The notes under the pieces are model-generated. The model was given only the letters and a program-made list of their open reading frames with translations. It was not told the DNA's origin and searched no databases. The position numbers were made by a program, and so were the translations under genes. From positions 92,526,384 to 92,561,003 of the forward strand of contig NC_068984.1 of the NCBI RefSeq assembly GCF_001194135.2: DNA of 34,620 nucleotides. Reading direction: 5' to 3'. The stretch is from Octopus bimaculoides. Its lineage: Eukaryota. Numbering within the stretch: position 1 is the first letter of the stretch; the number at the start of each line of letters is the position of its first letter. Positions 11,177-21,890 of the stretch are shown one piece after another.

Positions 11177-11290
11177 CTTTTCTTTTACTTGTTTCAGTCA
11201 TTAGTCTTGCAGAAATTTAGCCAAATGAGTTAATCCCAGTACATTGTTTGTTTTTTTTTTGTAAAACCTGGTACTTATTCTGTCAGTCTC
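11177..11290 (-). mobile_element. SINE 3' tail fragment
   Basis: ttttacttgtttcagtcattag...cctggtacttattc, as in the other copies. Confidence 0.7.
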
Positions 11291-13285
11291 TGGGATGTTG
11301 AAGTATATTTCTTAAATCTTATACACAGATTGTGTGGTATGTTTTCATAGGAATTAAAGCCATAGAAGTTTGGGTTCCATCTAAATGATATAGAAGCTAT
11401 CTCATTCTTCTAATGAAGTTGTTGGTGCATTGGAATAGAATTTCAAGTACAGAAGAAACTGGAAGCAATTTCTGAGGATATACGTTGTCTGAATCATGAA
11501 TTATACCAAGGATTTTCCTCTTACATACTTGCTTATACTGATCACTGCTGCCTCTACTATGGTGGGCTAAATTATCTAGAGCATTATTAGCAGATTCATC
11601 CCTCTAGATTAAGTTGTGTGGTTTGGCTTGCTCTTGTCATCATCCACCAGTTTCTTAATAGAAGCAGTAGAAAAATCCTGTTTCTGTTTGGGTATGACTC
11701 AGAGATTACGTTCAGTAAGAATTCTATTTTCAGTTTTGTTAGTGTTACCTATATTTATGTTGCCACCATAGTTACAACTATCTAAAATGTTATCCATAGT
11801 AGGCTCAATATTGTCTACCCTCTGTTGGGATGGAGGGGTACACAATCACCCATCCAGAGTTGGGGTAGCTTCCAGACTATTTGGGATGTATACAGTCTTC
11901 TTAGCATACCCAGCCTTAGTAAGTGTGGTTTTATAGGAATTGGTATTCTGCAAGAAGATTTCTTCATTTGCTAATAACTTGAATATTCTGTGTGAGACAC
12001 TCATAACAAACGATTTAATCATGACTCAAGGGTGGTTTAAGCCCTGACTAACATATTTAAGATTTTCATTTGGGTTGTGATAGTGTGTGTATAGGCCCAT
12101 GTTCAAGTTTAAACAGATGTCAAGGAAGTTCTTAAAGAATTTAAACAGCATTTTTTTATATCTCTCTAATTGTACTTTACTTCATTTATGAATAGAAAAT
12201 AAAGCATCATCCCTGTATACACCACCCTCCCCATTCCAGAAAGCTACATTTAAGTTGGTAAAACAGATACATACCAACAAGATTTGTAACTTGGGCAGAG
12301 TTGCTTGATCCCACAGTAATATCAAAGTTATTGTCTTTCCTTTCTGGTCAAAAGTTTATTATCAAATTTTATTACTGTTCTTCTAGCTGTTAATATAGTC
12401 TGCATCGGATCTAGACAAACAGAAATTATTCATGGCAATGATGAGGGTTTTCTTAAGGAGGATAGGGTTAATAGAAAAGTAGTTGGTATAAATATCCAAT
12501 TACAAAAATTTAGCCAATTTTTTTAATTTTCTTACTCCCTAAATCACACTATAACTTCTGCTGTGTCAGACCATAAGCTAAGCATAAATTCAGGTTTAAG
12601 CATAGGAATAACCCTATAAGGTCTTTTTACTAATTTCACCTATGACTGAATTATATGAACAAATAAGTCTAACCGTAGACTTGTATTCGAAATTAGATTT
12701 AAGATTGTTCGGTGCCCTAGGGTTCTATCGTGTCTTCTAGATTAAGTTATGTAACAATATTAAGATGTAAAGTATTAATTTGAGTTTGGAGGAATGTATG
12801 TGCTTATAGTTAACATAGAATTCTTTACGGATCAAGTTATTATAAAAGTTAATACTTAAGTTATATAGATTTCCAGTTTTGCAAGCTCCCAAAGGATGGT
12901 CATGCACTATAAGCTGACACAAGAATTCTTGATGCTTGCTTAAGTTCTTAAGATGTCAACTAATTTTTAGAGGTGTTTGTTATTCCATTGCAGGAACTTC
13001 TTAAATTTAATAGTTTTAAATAAATCATTTAATTCCTCCTCAAATCCAGTGAAGCATCAGTTATGTGGTGGATTATGCAAAGATCTGAATTTATATATTT
13101 TTTTGGTACTCCTAGTACCATTGTTGTTCTTTTTGGTCCTGTCAAAGTGATAAGCTTTGCCCTACATGTACCAAATGAAGAAGCTAGTATTTTCAATAAG
13201 TAATTTCATGTATTCCAATCTTGTTGGTAGTGATATATCCTTAAGAGAAACATCCTAATATAGTTTATCCATTTTATATCACTTG
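11291..13285 (-). mobile_element. Penelope-like retroelement (Naiad-type), long decayed RT ORF
   Basis: Ordered motifs on the minus strand: SLKDISLPTRLEYMKLLIEN, FEEELNDLFKTIKF, KTGNLYNL, TVRLICSYNSVIGEISKKTL, LDIYTNYFSINPILLKKTL, NFDITVGSSNSAQVTNLVGMYL, GVYRDDAL (~12205-12220), FLDICLNL, KYVSQGLNHP, YKTTLTKAGY. Many stops and frameshifts. Confidence 0.8.
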
Positions 13286-13328
13286 GGTGTCCTAGGTGCA
13301 AAGGATTCGGTCCTGTGTCCTAGATTCA

Positions 13329-13605
13329 GCTATGTAACAATATCAAAATGTAAGGTATTAATTTGAATGTGGAGGAATATGTCTGCTTATAGTTAACATT
13401 GAACTCTAGGGATCAAGTTATTATAAAAGTTAATACTTAAGTTATATAGATTTCCAGTATTGTCAGCTGGCACAAGAATTCTGGATGCTTGCTTAAGTTC
13501 TTAAAATGTCTACTGTTTTTTAGAGGTACTTGTCATTCCATTACAGAAACTTCTTAAATTTAATAGTTTTAATTAGATCAATTAACTCCTTCTCAACTTA
13601 GGTGT
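13329..13605 (-). mobile_element. Tandem partial duplicate of the Naiad-type RT N-terminal segment (copy of ~12745-13050)
   Basis: Direct ~85% identity by eye to 12745-13050. Encodes RILVPADNTGNLYNLSINFYNNLI. Confidence 0.8.
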
Positions 13606-14269
13606 TGGTTATTAGATGAGCAATATTGTAAACAAGGAGGGATTACATAATCCAATCATTTACCTCAGGTGGTACTCACACAATCAGCAACTATCTAAAA
13701 TATAAAGGAGGACTATTCGATGGAAACTCAGTTTTTTAAAAAAATGCAAAGGATAGCGTTTATGTCATTACATGTATCCATGGTTCACAATTGTTTCAAC
13801 AACTTGCAGATAACCAATGTTACATCATGCCTAAGGACATGGATGATAATGTTGATTTAGTTGTTCTTCTTACATAATATATATTACATAATAGCATCAG
13901 CAGTCATTTAATCTTAACCAATTAGACAAATATAATATACAGAATAATTTGGCTATTCAACTTAAACATGAAAGGTTTTGTAATTGATTATAATGAATGG
14001 GGATAAGATTTAAAATATCAACAAGGAGAAAAACAAGCTAGTCACTTGTATTTGATAATATTATAATTAGGTGAAAACCACTTATTACTTGATAGATCTA
14101 AGTCTGCCTCTATAAAGTGCCAGGACAGAGATGGGCATGATTTATATTGAAGTAGTACATATCAGAATTGGATCAAGTTTTATTTCCAATCACAGCTGAG
14201 ATGGTTTAGATAAGCTATAAACATATCTATTAGATCGGAAGCTAAGCAATTTATGGCACTGATATATGT

Positions 14270-14955
14270 ATCACTTATACTCCTAGACAGATAAAGCTGT
14301 ATATACTTATATATGCTATACACATATACATATAAACACACATGCCTATTATTATATACATTTAAATATACATACTCATATAACTCTCACACAGCTATAC
14401 ATGTACTCATGCATACACACATATACACATACATGTATACACATTCACACAACCTCTGCCTCTTTTTCTCTCTAGAGGAAAAACACATGAGAAACAGAGA
14501 AAGGTGTAATGGAGAATAAACAAGTGAGACACCAGACCTCTGCTTTCTCTACGTCTCTATCTCTCCTCTCTGTCTTTCTCATACAGTAGATTATGTGTGT
14601 ATGCACGCACACACACACACATAAATACATGGATGTGTACATATGTGTGTACATACCTACATACATCTACACACATGGATAAATGTAGATAAATGTGCAA
14701 ACATGCACTCCCATACATTGATACTGTCTATCAACATCAATGTATATATATATATATATATATAGTCAATCCAAACAAGAACAAGCAAGAAAAAACAACG
14801 CAAGGACGTGGTACAGGTACTGTTACTGGACGCTCAAGAAAGGAAAAAAAGAAAGATGATTTCACATTTCAAACAGAGTTCTTCATCAGAAATATAGAAA
14901 AAGTCCAAAGAAGGGAAGATGGAGAAAGAAAATCACCAACGATGCACATGCGGTA
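14270..14955. mobile_element. Low-complexity-rich non-autonomous repeat, probably Helitron-related
   Basis: Shares aaacaagtgagacaccagacctctgctttctct with 16270-16550, and has (TA)/(CA)-rich tracts. Confidence 0.4.
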
Positions 14956-14957
14956 TA

Positions 14958-15909
14958 GTATATATAAATTACAGTATGTATGTGTGTATAATGACTAATG
15001 CATACATTTCCACAATTCTCAACTGATTTTCACCAAACTTTACACACACATTACTTATGTCCCAAGGATGGTCATGCACTATAACATTTTGCCCACAGCT
15101 GCTATGTAAATGGCCATAGTTTTTTGTATGTAGGGTTTTCCATACTTTTTATAAAAGTGAAAGGATTTTCTTTATTTTCGACTGCCTACCTGCAACGGTA
15201 ACACATGTTATGTCTCTGGTAATTTTCTTTCATGTAAATAAATGTTTATGTTAATTTAAAAGATTTATCCCAAAAATCTTATTTAGCTGTTACTTTTAGC
15301 ACAACACATGGGCGATGGTAAAGAAAATGCTGTGCTGCAACTTTACATAGGCAGACTTAGATCTGTCTCATAATAAGTGGTTTTCACCTAATTATAATAT
15401 CATCAAATACAAGTGACTAGCCTGTTTTTTTCCTTGTTGCTTAGGGTTAGGATTTAGGATTAGGGTTAGGGTTACACTGAAAATGGATGGTGTGCATATT
15501 CTTTACTTCCACTCAACATGTGTTATGTCTCCGGTAATTTTCTTTCATTTAAATAAATGTTAATTTAAAAATTTGCCAGCAAAATCTTATAAAATGACAA
15601 TGTTCCAAAAGATGTACATGTTATGTATGAAAATAAGAGTGAACAAAATACGCTTAAAAAACAACTATATTTTGTAGTCATTTTTCGTAATGTACTCCCA
15701 AAGCACTTCAGTAGCTCTACTTTGCATCACTTGCAAACTTATATGTTCTATGATCATTTAAGTGCAATGACTTCCACAATAACCAGCCTTCAGTTTGATT
15801 TTCTGTTCCTAGGTTAATCAGAAACATAGATTGCCAATAGTTCATTATTTTTGTGAAAAAAATACCACCAAAGCAACATAGACTGTGCAAATGATGGGTG
15901 CATTTGCTA

Positions 15910-15910
<1 letters not shown>
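14958..15910 (+). mobile_element. Non-autonomous Helitron-like element
   Basis: Begins tatatataaattacagtatgtatgtgtg...caattctcaactgattttcaccaaa and ends with a GCAAATG/CATTTGC hairpin (15887-15907) followed by CTAG|T. Contains an internal ~80-nt duplication (15201 vs 15515). Confidence 0.5.
15441..15473 (+). repeat. Short degenerate (TTAGGG)n tract
   Basis: ttaggg ttagga t ttagga ttaggg ttaggg tt. Confidence 0.85.
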
Positions 15911-15945
<35 letters not shown>

Positions 15946-15967
15946 NNNNNNNNNNTATATATATATA

Positions 15968-16770
15968 TATTTATCCTTATAAAAAGCAAAATTTGTTTGT
16001 ACGTTGACCACTGAAAACACTAAATAAAATTGATAATATTTCAGGTTTTTCGTGTCATTTAAATTAATTTGACTATTTTGCAGATAACTTTGCACTTATT
16101 TTCCAAAAACAGATAGGGTGGTGTATTGGCTCCTATTTCTAGCAATCCACATATAGTCTATTTCACTGTAATGCTTTTTACAGAGTGTAAAAGTAAATAT
16201 TCCACCTATCACTCAATCCACCTCCAACTTTCTCTAACTTTGAATATTACATTTATTTCTTTGAAGTCGCCACCAGACCTCTGCTTTCTCTCTGTATGTC
16301 CCTCTCTATCTCTCTCACTATCTCCCTCTCTCTCTCTCTCTCTCTCTGGTTGTATATGTGTCTCTCTCTCACTACCTCTACCTCATTTTCTCTCCAGAGT
16401 GAAAACACATGAGAGACAGAGAAAGGGGGTTACAGAGAAAAAAACAAGTGAGATGCCAGACCTCTACTTTCTCTCTGTCTATATGTCCTNNNNNNNNNNG
16501 AAAAATGCGTGAGACAGATAGAAAGGGGGTTAGGGAAAAAAAACAAGTGAGACAGATTGGAGGATGGAAGTAGCCACATTTATAAATCTATCGACAAAGT
16601 TGTCGATGAGGACGACACTGTTCCTTATCCTGTTGAATTCCTCAACAGTCTGGAACAGTCCAGTATGCTGCAACACAACCTTGAATTGAAGAAGAGTACA
16701 GTCATCATGCTTCTCAAACATTTCTTCTGTCATGAATTCAAGGGTACCGAAAAAACTATAATATTGTGAA
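15968..16770 (+). mobile_element. Helitron/Helentron remnant with tandem subrepeats and a helicase fragment
   Basis: Starts ttatccttataaaaagc, has repeated aaacaagtgaga..ccagacctct units (16270, 16441, 16540), then the helicase-like segment. Confidence 0.55.
16578..16725 (+). pseudogene. Helitron RepHel PIF1-type helicase fragment
   Basis: IYKSIDKVVDEDDTVPYPVEFLNSLEQSSMLQHNLELKKSTVIMLL matches the Helitron helicase motif YxSxD...YPxEFLNSLxxSGxPxHxLxLKxGxxIMLLRN. Confidence 0.8.
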
Positions 16771-16929
16771 AAATTATCCATCACTCGCCATGACACATTT
16801 TGTTGGCCAGGGCCATAGACTGCTTCCCTCCTGGCCTTTGACATAACAGATACTCATCATTGCTACTGGAATCAGAATCACCCAATCTACTGGACTCACT
16901 CTCAAAGTCTAACTCATCTGAACAAGAAT

Positions 16930-18480
16930 CAACTATTGAGGACTATTTTTGGTGAGTTTGGTGAAGAGGGACATGATAACAAACACAACAAGGGCCATAA
17001 ATTCAACAAAGATGGTATAGATGGACATAACAAACCTGAGGTCAAAGCCTGGGAAAATGCCTGAGCAATTCTAGATGTTACATGAAGTCCAAAGGTCGGA
17101 TTGTACCACAGTATCTTATTTTTACTTAACCTTCCATTAGGATAACTATCAATGTTCATATAATATCTGTTCTCATATATGGTAGAATTTCCATTGGATC
17201 TGGGAATTATTTTTTCTACTGCAATTGTTCAATACTTCTACAGAATGTAAATTTGTTAGCTTGCTATTTTCATTTCCCTTATTATTATTAATTTTACTAC
17301 TCCTGCTATTGCTTATAGTGGATTTATTAAGCATAATTTTTGGGGAGTTGTTATTATCATATAATAATGTTGCTATTATTCTTAACATGCCTGTCTCTAT
17401 TACATTTTACATTGATTTCCTTATTTATTTCTATTCATTGCTGTTATTATTTTAAGTCCTATAGTCATGCTATCATGATGTTTTTACCCCAATGTCAAGA
17501 ATATATTTTTTCCACTGTAACAATCTTTAGCCAGTGTAGTCCACATGCGAGTTAAGGATATTTTCATGCAATACACAACTTACTATTAAATTTATAACTA
17601 ACCATAGCTGATTTAAGTTTTGATTAATATATTTGAGATCTTCAATTGGTTTAAGGCATGTATGTATTCCAGTTTGTAAGGTTTAGTGACACATCTGGGA
17701 AATTATCTCATCTATAATTCATTTCTATTGTTATAGATAACCAAAAATGTTTTAAAATTTAACTAGTATATACCTACATACATCTACACACATGGATAAA
17801 TGTAGATAAATGTGCAAACGTGCACTCCCATACATTGATACTATCTATCTATCTATCATGTCTCTCTGATACCACTTCACTACCCCTATCAATAGTAAAA
17901 ACAGTATCATCTCTAACCTAACTTAGGAAGATGGGATTCCATTTGGGAAAGGAGTAAATACCTGAGATTCTTGGCTTATGCTGAGTCACTAGATCCCGTT
18001 GTTATGTCAAAATTATCTATTCTGTTACTATGGGTCCAGAATATTCCATCATAATCAACTAAAGTTTTTTGGACAACAGAATTATGTTCATATCCAACTT
18101 AGATAATCTAGAATTTTTCTTGGCAAATATTAATACTTATTTAGCAGGATAGGATAAATAGAAGAGTAATGGTTCAATATATCAAGCTGTATGAATTTGG
18201 TATATTTCTTTATTGCTCAAATTTTTCAACCTTCCACTGTTTCTGATCACAATCAATTCATATATTTACATATTTACAATTGATTATTCTATTTCATATG
18301 CATTTAAGAAATTGATTATAAAACTTTTTTTTTTCTTAAATAGATGTATTAACATGGAATGAAATCTAATTCTTTAAAAAAAAATTATAGTGCCCACAAT
18401 AATATTCTAAGTTATTATCTATGAAACTTTACACAAACATTCACTATTTGAATACATGGGTATGATTACTTTGACATATT
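16930..18480 (-). mobile_element. Second long Penelope-like (Naiad-type) decayed RT copy
   Basis: Minus strand reads DNFDITTGSSDSA*A (17992-18017), RDDTVFTI (~17905), GLSITIEMNY..NFPDVSLNL, KPIEDLKYINQNLN and KNKILWYNPTF (cf. RKIIWFNPP). Interrupted by an ~89-nt insertion at 17767-17855. Confidence 0.75.
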
Positions 18481-18504
18481 ATAATCTATTATATTTAATT
18501 AAAG

Positions 18505-18769
18505 TTTGGGGCTAAACGCAACAGTAACATCCACCCTTAGGGGTCAGCCACATTTAAGTGGCAAATATACTTCACCTTGTCGTGCAGTTACTGTTAATAC
18601 CTCGTTCAGAGATTTAACATTGCTTGTTTTCACTTTTTCGAGATCAGTGAATAATTTCACTGGAAAAAGATATATGTATTTGCATCGGGATATTTTTCGC
18701 ATCGAATGTCGGCGATTGTCATACGCTGAGGATGCGTAAATACCCAGAAACTCGAGTCCGTACGTATCG
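18505..18769 (+). mobile_element. Penelope-like 3' end / pseudo-LTR (relatively young, CpG-rich)
   Basis: Begins with codons for G-L-N (the usual end of a PLE GIY-YIG domain) and ends in a hammerhead motif. CpG-rich compared with its flanks. Confidence 0.55.
18720..18764 (+). ncRNA. Minimal type I hammerhead ribozyme
   Basis: Stem I CATACG/CGTACG (1 mismatch); core CUGAGGA at 18726-18732; stem II TGCGTA-AA-TACCCA (1 mismatch); GAAA at 18747-18750; stem III C-TCGA-G with a palindromic loop; GUC cleavage triplet ending at 18758. Confidence 0.8.
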
Positions 18770-19561
18770 NNNNNNNNNNNNNNNNNNNNNNNNNNNNNNN
18801 NNNNNNNNNNNNNNNNNNNNNNNNNNNNNNNNNNNNNNNNNNNNNNNNNNNNNNNNNNNNNNNNNNNNNNNNNNNNNNNNNNNNNNNNNNNNNNNNNNNN
18901 NNNNNNNNNNNNNNNNNNNNNNNNNNNNNNNNNNNNNNNNNNNNNNNNNNNNNNNNNNNNNNNNNNNNNNNNNNNNNNNNNNNNNNNNNNNNNNNNNNNN
19001 NNNNNNNNNNNNNNNNNNNNNNNNNNNNNNNNNNNNNNNNNNNNNNNNNNNNNNNNNNNNNNTGTTATGTATCAAGGTGAAATTATTTTTACTGTTATGA
19101 ATCAATGTTCTAAATGTTGGATTTCACATAACTATTCTAAAATACTCCTTAAAAGTTAGAAAGGAATTAGTGAAAGTAGAGACACTTTATTAAAACATTA
19201 AATCTATAAAAATTTTTAAAACGTATTTGCTCTACAATTATATGTAACTTGTATAAATCCTCTTCGGTTTTCTGGTATCCTTGATCTTTGATTCAGGAAT
19301 TTTTGTATGTATGTATGCATGCACGTATAAATAAATAATCTATTATGAATATACATTTATTTAGAAAAGTACCTAAAAGTTGGATTAGTCAATATTCCCA
19401 ACTCCAGTTTGGTATCGGCTCTGAAATATCATTTAGAGGAATGTCATATCAAGGTTAGTAAATCTGATTTTTGCTAAATTAGAAATTTTAATTTTTTCTT
19501 CTACTTTTCATCATCTGCTCCGTAAGAATGAAATTTAATTCTTTTAAAGATTAAATCTGTT

Positions 19562-19735
19562 ATGTCATCCTCATCATCATTATCACCATCATCATCACCA
19601 TGAGTTGCTTAGACAGGATCCAACAAACAAGAGGCCATGTTGTATTCTAGTATTCCACTTTTAGCTTGTCTGCATTGGCTGGATCCCCTTCTCAACACTT
19701 TACAGAGTGTACTGAATGCAATTTTTCATGGCCAA
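19562..19735 (-). mobile_element. Decayed RTE/SINE 3' tail with a (GAT)n end
   Basis: The reverse complement resembles aaagcacccagtacactctgtaaagtggttgg..aggaagggcatccagc, and it ends in (CAT)n on the plus strand. Confidence 0.5.
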
Positions 19736-20869
19736 GTACTCTAAGAAATTGTCTTACCTTTTTAGGGGGATACTAACACAACATTACACCAAACTCAGTG
19801 GTGTGGAGATGGCCATGTAGTATTCCACTAAATTTAAGTTGTATAACAGTATTCTGTAATAAAAGGAAGAGTAGACTCCATACAGTAGTAAATGGAATTT
19901 ATTTGGGACAGATGATACAAACACAACTTTTCATACAATGTAAGAAATCAAATATTAACATGTTGTGGATCCTTTTTGAATAACAAGTAAATACTAACTA
20001 GTTGTGAGACAAAATTGCAAGGGCATCAGAAACGTGTACGGTGTCATGCGTGAGGCTTAGATGGAAAACATATTCAGTTTATAGCTTGGACTTACTGTTA
20101 CAAGTTTATTGCAGGTGTCAATGAAATTGGTAACATAACAGGCCAATGTAGAGTAGAAATAGTAACATGACAAGCTAATATCGAGTAGGCTGTGGCAATA
20201 GAGTTAGCTGCTGAACAAATCGCCATGATAACACAGGATATAATAATAGCTGTTGAATATTCATCGTGAAAACGAGAGTGGTCTGAAATCTGCTAAGTAA
20301 GCGTCTTTAGAACGATGGTAGTAAGAAGACTGCTAGTTAAACATCATTAGAATGACGGTAACCACATATGATCTATAGCCTGTGGCAAAAGAGGCCAGAC
20401 AGCCAAAAAAAACTGCCATTTATATTTTCTGTGGCCTGGTGCTTGATTTTCCCACTGGGGGAAAAATGACTTGTTGTAGGGACACAATTGGATAGTTGTA
20501 CTTGACCAACAAACTCACCCAATCACCAGATCACGTAATAGCTGAATGAGGAGGCTTTGTATAATCTAATTGAAGACAGTATTAAACAACTGAAGACAAG
20601 GAGAAGTACCAGAACATATTCTCAAAGTAACATACCCAAGAAGGTAAATGGAAGTGAGTATGGTGACGACTCAGGGGGAGTGAATGAAAGTTGTAAGAGT
20701 GCACTCTCTTCCCTTCATTCAAACATCAGGATTAAGACAGATAGAAGAAGGATAGCAGGATGTATTTGTTGGAGTTAGGATAGATTTAGAATGCATAGGT
20801 CATGTGGCATGCACTTTGTGCACAAGCATCAGATAATCTGCCCTTGACTTTAGGAGAGAAGTAATTTAG

Positions 20870-21345
20870 TGCTGGTAGTTTATTATCTCTATCCAAACTG
20901 TTCTTATTCTAGCTGCCACACTTTCAGAACACCTTTCAGCATGTTGTGTTTCCACTACTCTTTACAATGGACACACCATATTAAATTTTTCCAGCTCCTT
21001 CACTGCAAATGAAGCATATCCATTTTCTGATGCTATCAGGGTTCTGTCTTTCTTCCTACTCACTAAAATTATTGTTTTCACTAAGTTTGCTTTAAAACCC
21101 TTTAATTCCAGGTTTTGCTTCTATTTCTAGAAGCCTTGTTTTAATTCTTCAACAGATTCTGCAATATGAATACTAATTCATCAGCATACAGTTTTTCCCA
21201 GTATTGAATTATTTTGTTATAGTGTAGAATACGATAATAGAATACTATAATGACCCAGGCAGGATTGAAAACTGAGCCCTGATGCACCACTAACTTCATG
21301 CTGAATTTATTATCATTTGTGTCCAAGAGCAGAATAATACATATT
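20870..21345 (-). mobile_element. Decayed RTE-clade LINE RT fragment
   Basis: Minus strand reads KFSMKLVVHQGSVFNP, WEKLYADELV, AESVEEL, KGFKANLVKT, WICFICSEGAG and SESVAARIRTVW. Colinear with 33900-34510. Confidence 0.75.
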
Positions 21346-21729
21346 TCAATAAACACCAGTCAGCCACACAGCATAATGCATCAGTTGTTTTAGTTGCATA
21401 TTCTTCATCAAGTAATACTCTTTAAAAAATATAGTCACCCTATTCCCTATATTATAATTTGCATTTTGAAACAGTATGGCTACAATAAAAATCAAGTGGG
21501 CATAATAAGAATGATGAATATACTAATGATAAAATAATTCATCTATCGTCATATAGAGGAAGTAAAATAAGAATGTGTAAAAAAAAAATTAGGACAATCA
21601 ACTTCTCATAGAAACTAAAATAACTGCTACAATTTCCACGCAGATACAAACTTTACATAAAATCAAATAGAAAGGAATACAAATGCATAAAATATACTCA
21701 GATCCTAAATTATTTCCAGACAAAAATAT

Positions 21730-21890
21730 AATCATCATCATCATTGTTTTATGTCCACCTTCCATGCTAGCATAGGCTGAACATTCTGACAGGACCCAAG
21801 GGATTATAGGGCCACGTTTTGCTCCAGTGTCTCAGTTTTGTTATGGTTACAGAGTGTACAGGGTACTTCTTTTGTGGTACTAACACTAAT
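21730..21890 (-). mobile_element. RTE/SINE 3' tail fragment
   Basis: The reverse complement ends ...tgctagcatggaaggtggacataaaacaatgatgatgatg, like 25353-25400. Confidence 0.6.

Noticed and set aside
14855-14900. Minus-strand CTGATGA...GAAA hammerhead-like spacing
   Set aside because: Stems I and II do not pair convincingly.
16780-16960. Acidic Ser/Asp-rich minus-strand peptide (DELDFESESS...DSDSSSNDE) resembling a piggyBac N-terminus
   Set aside because: Low-complexity similarity only; no TTAA-flanked TIR or catalytic motifs found.
17173-17455. Asn/Leu-rich ORFs on both strands
   Set aside because: Low-complexity (AAT)-rich sequence within a decayed retroelement.
20660-20705. gtgacga-ctc/gag-...gaaa hammerhead-like echo
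   Set aside because: The core's first base is wrong, there are extra bases before GAAA, and there is no stem I.
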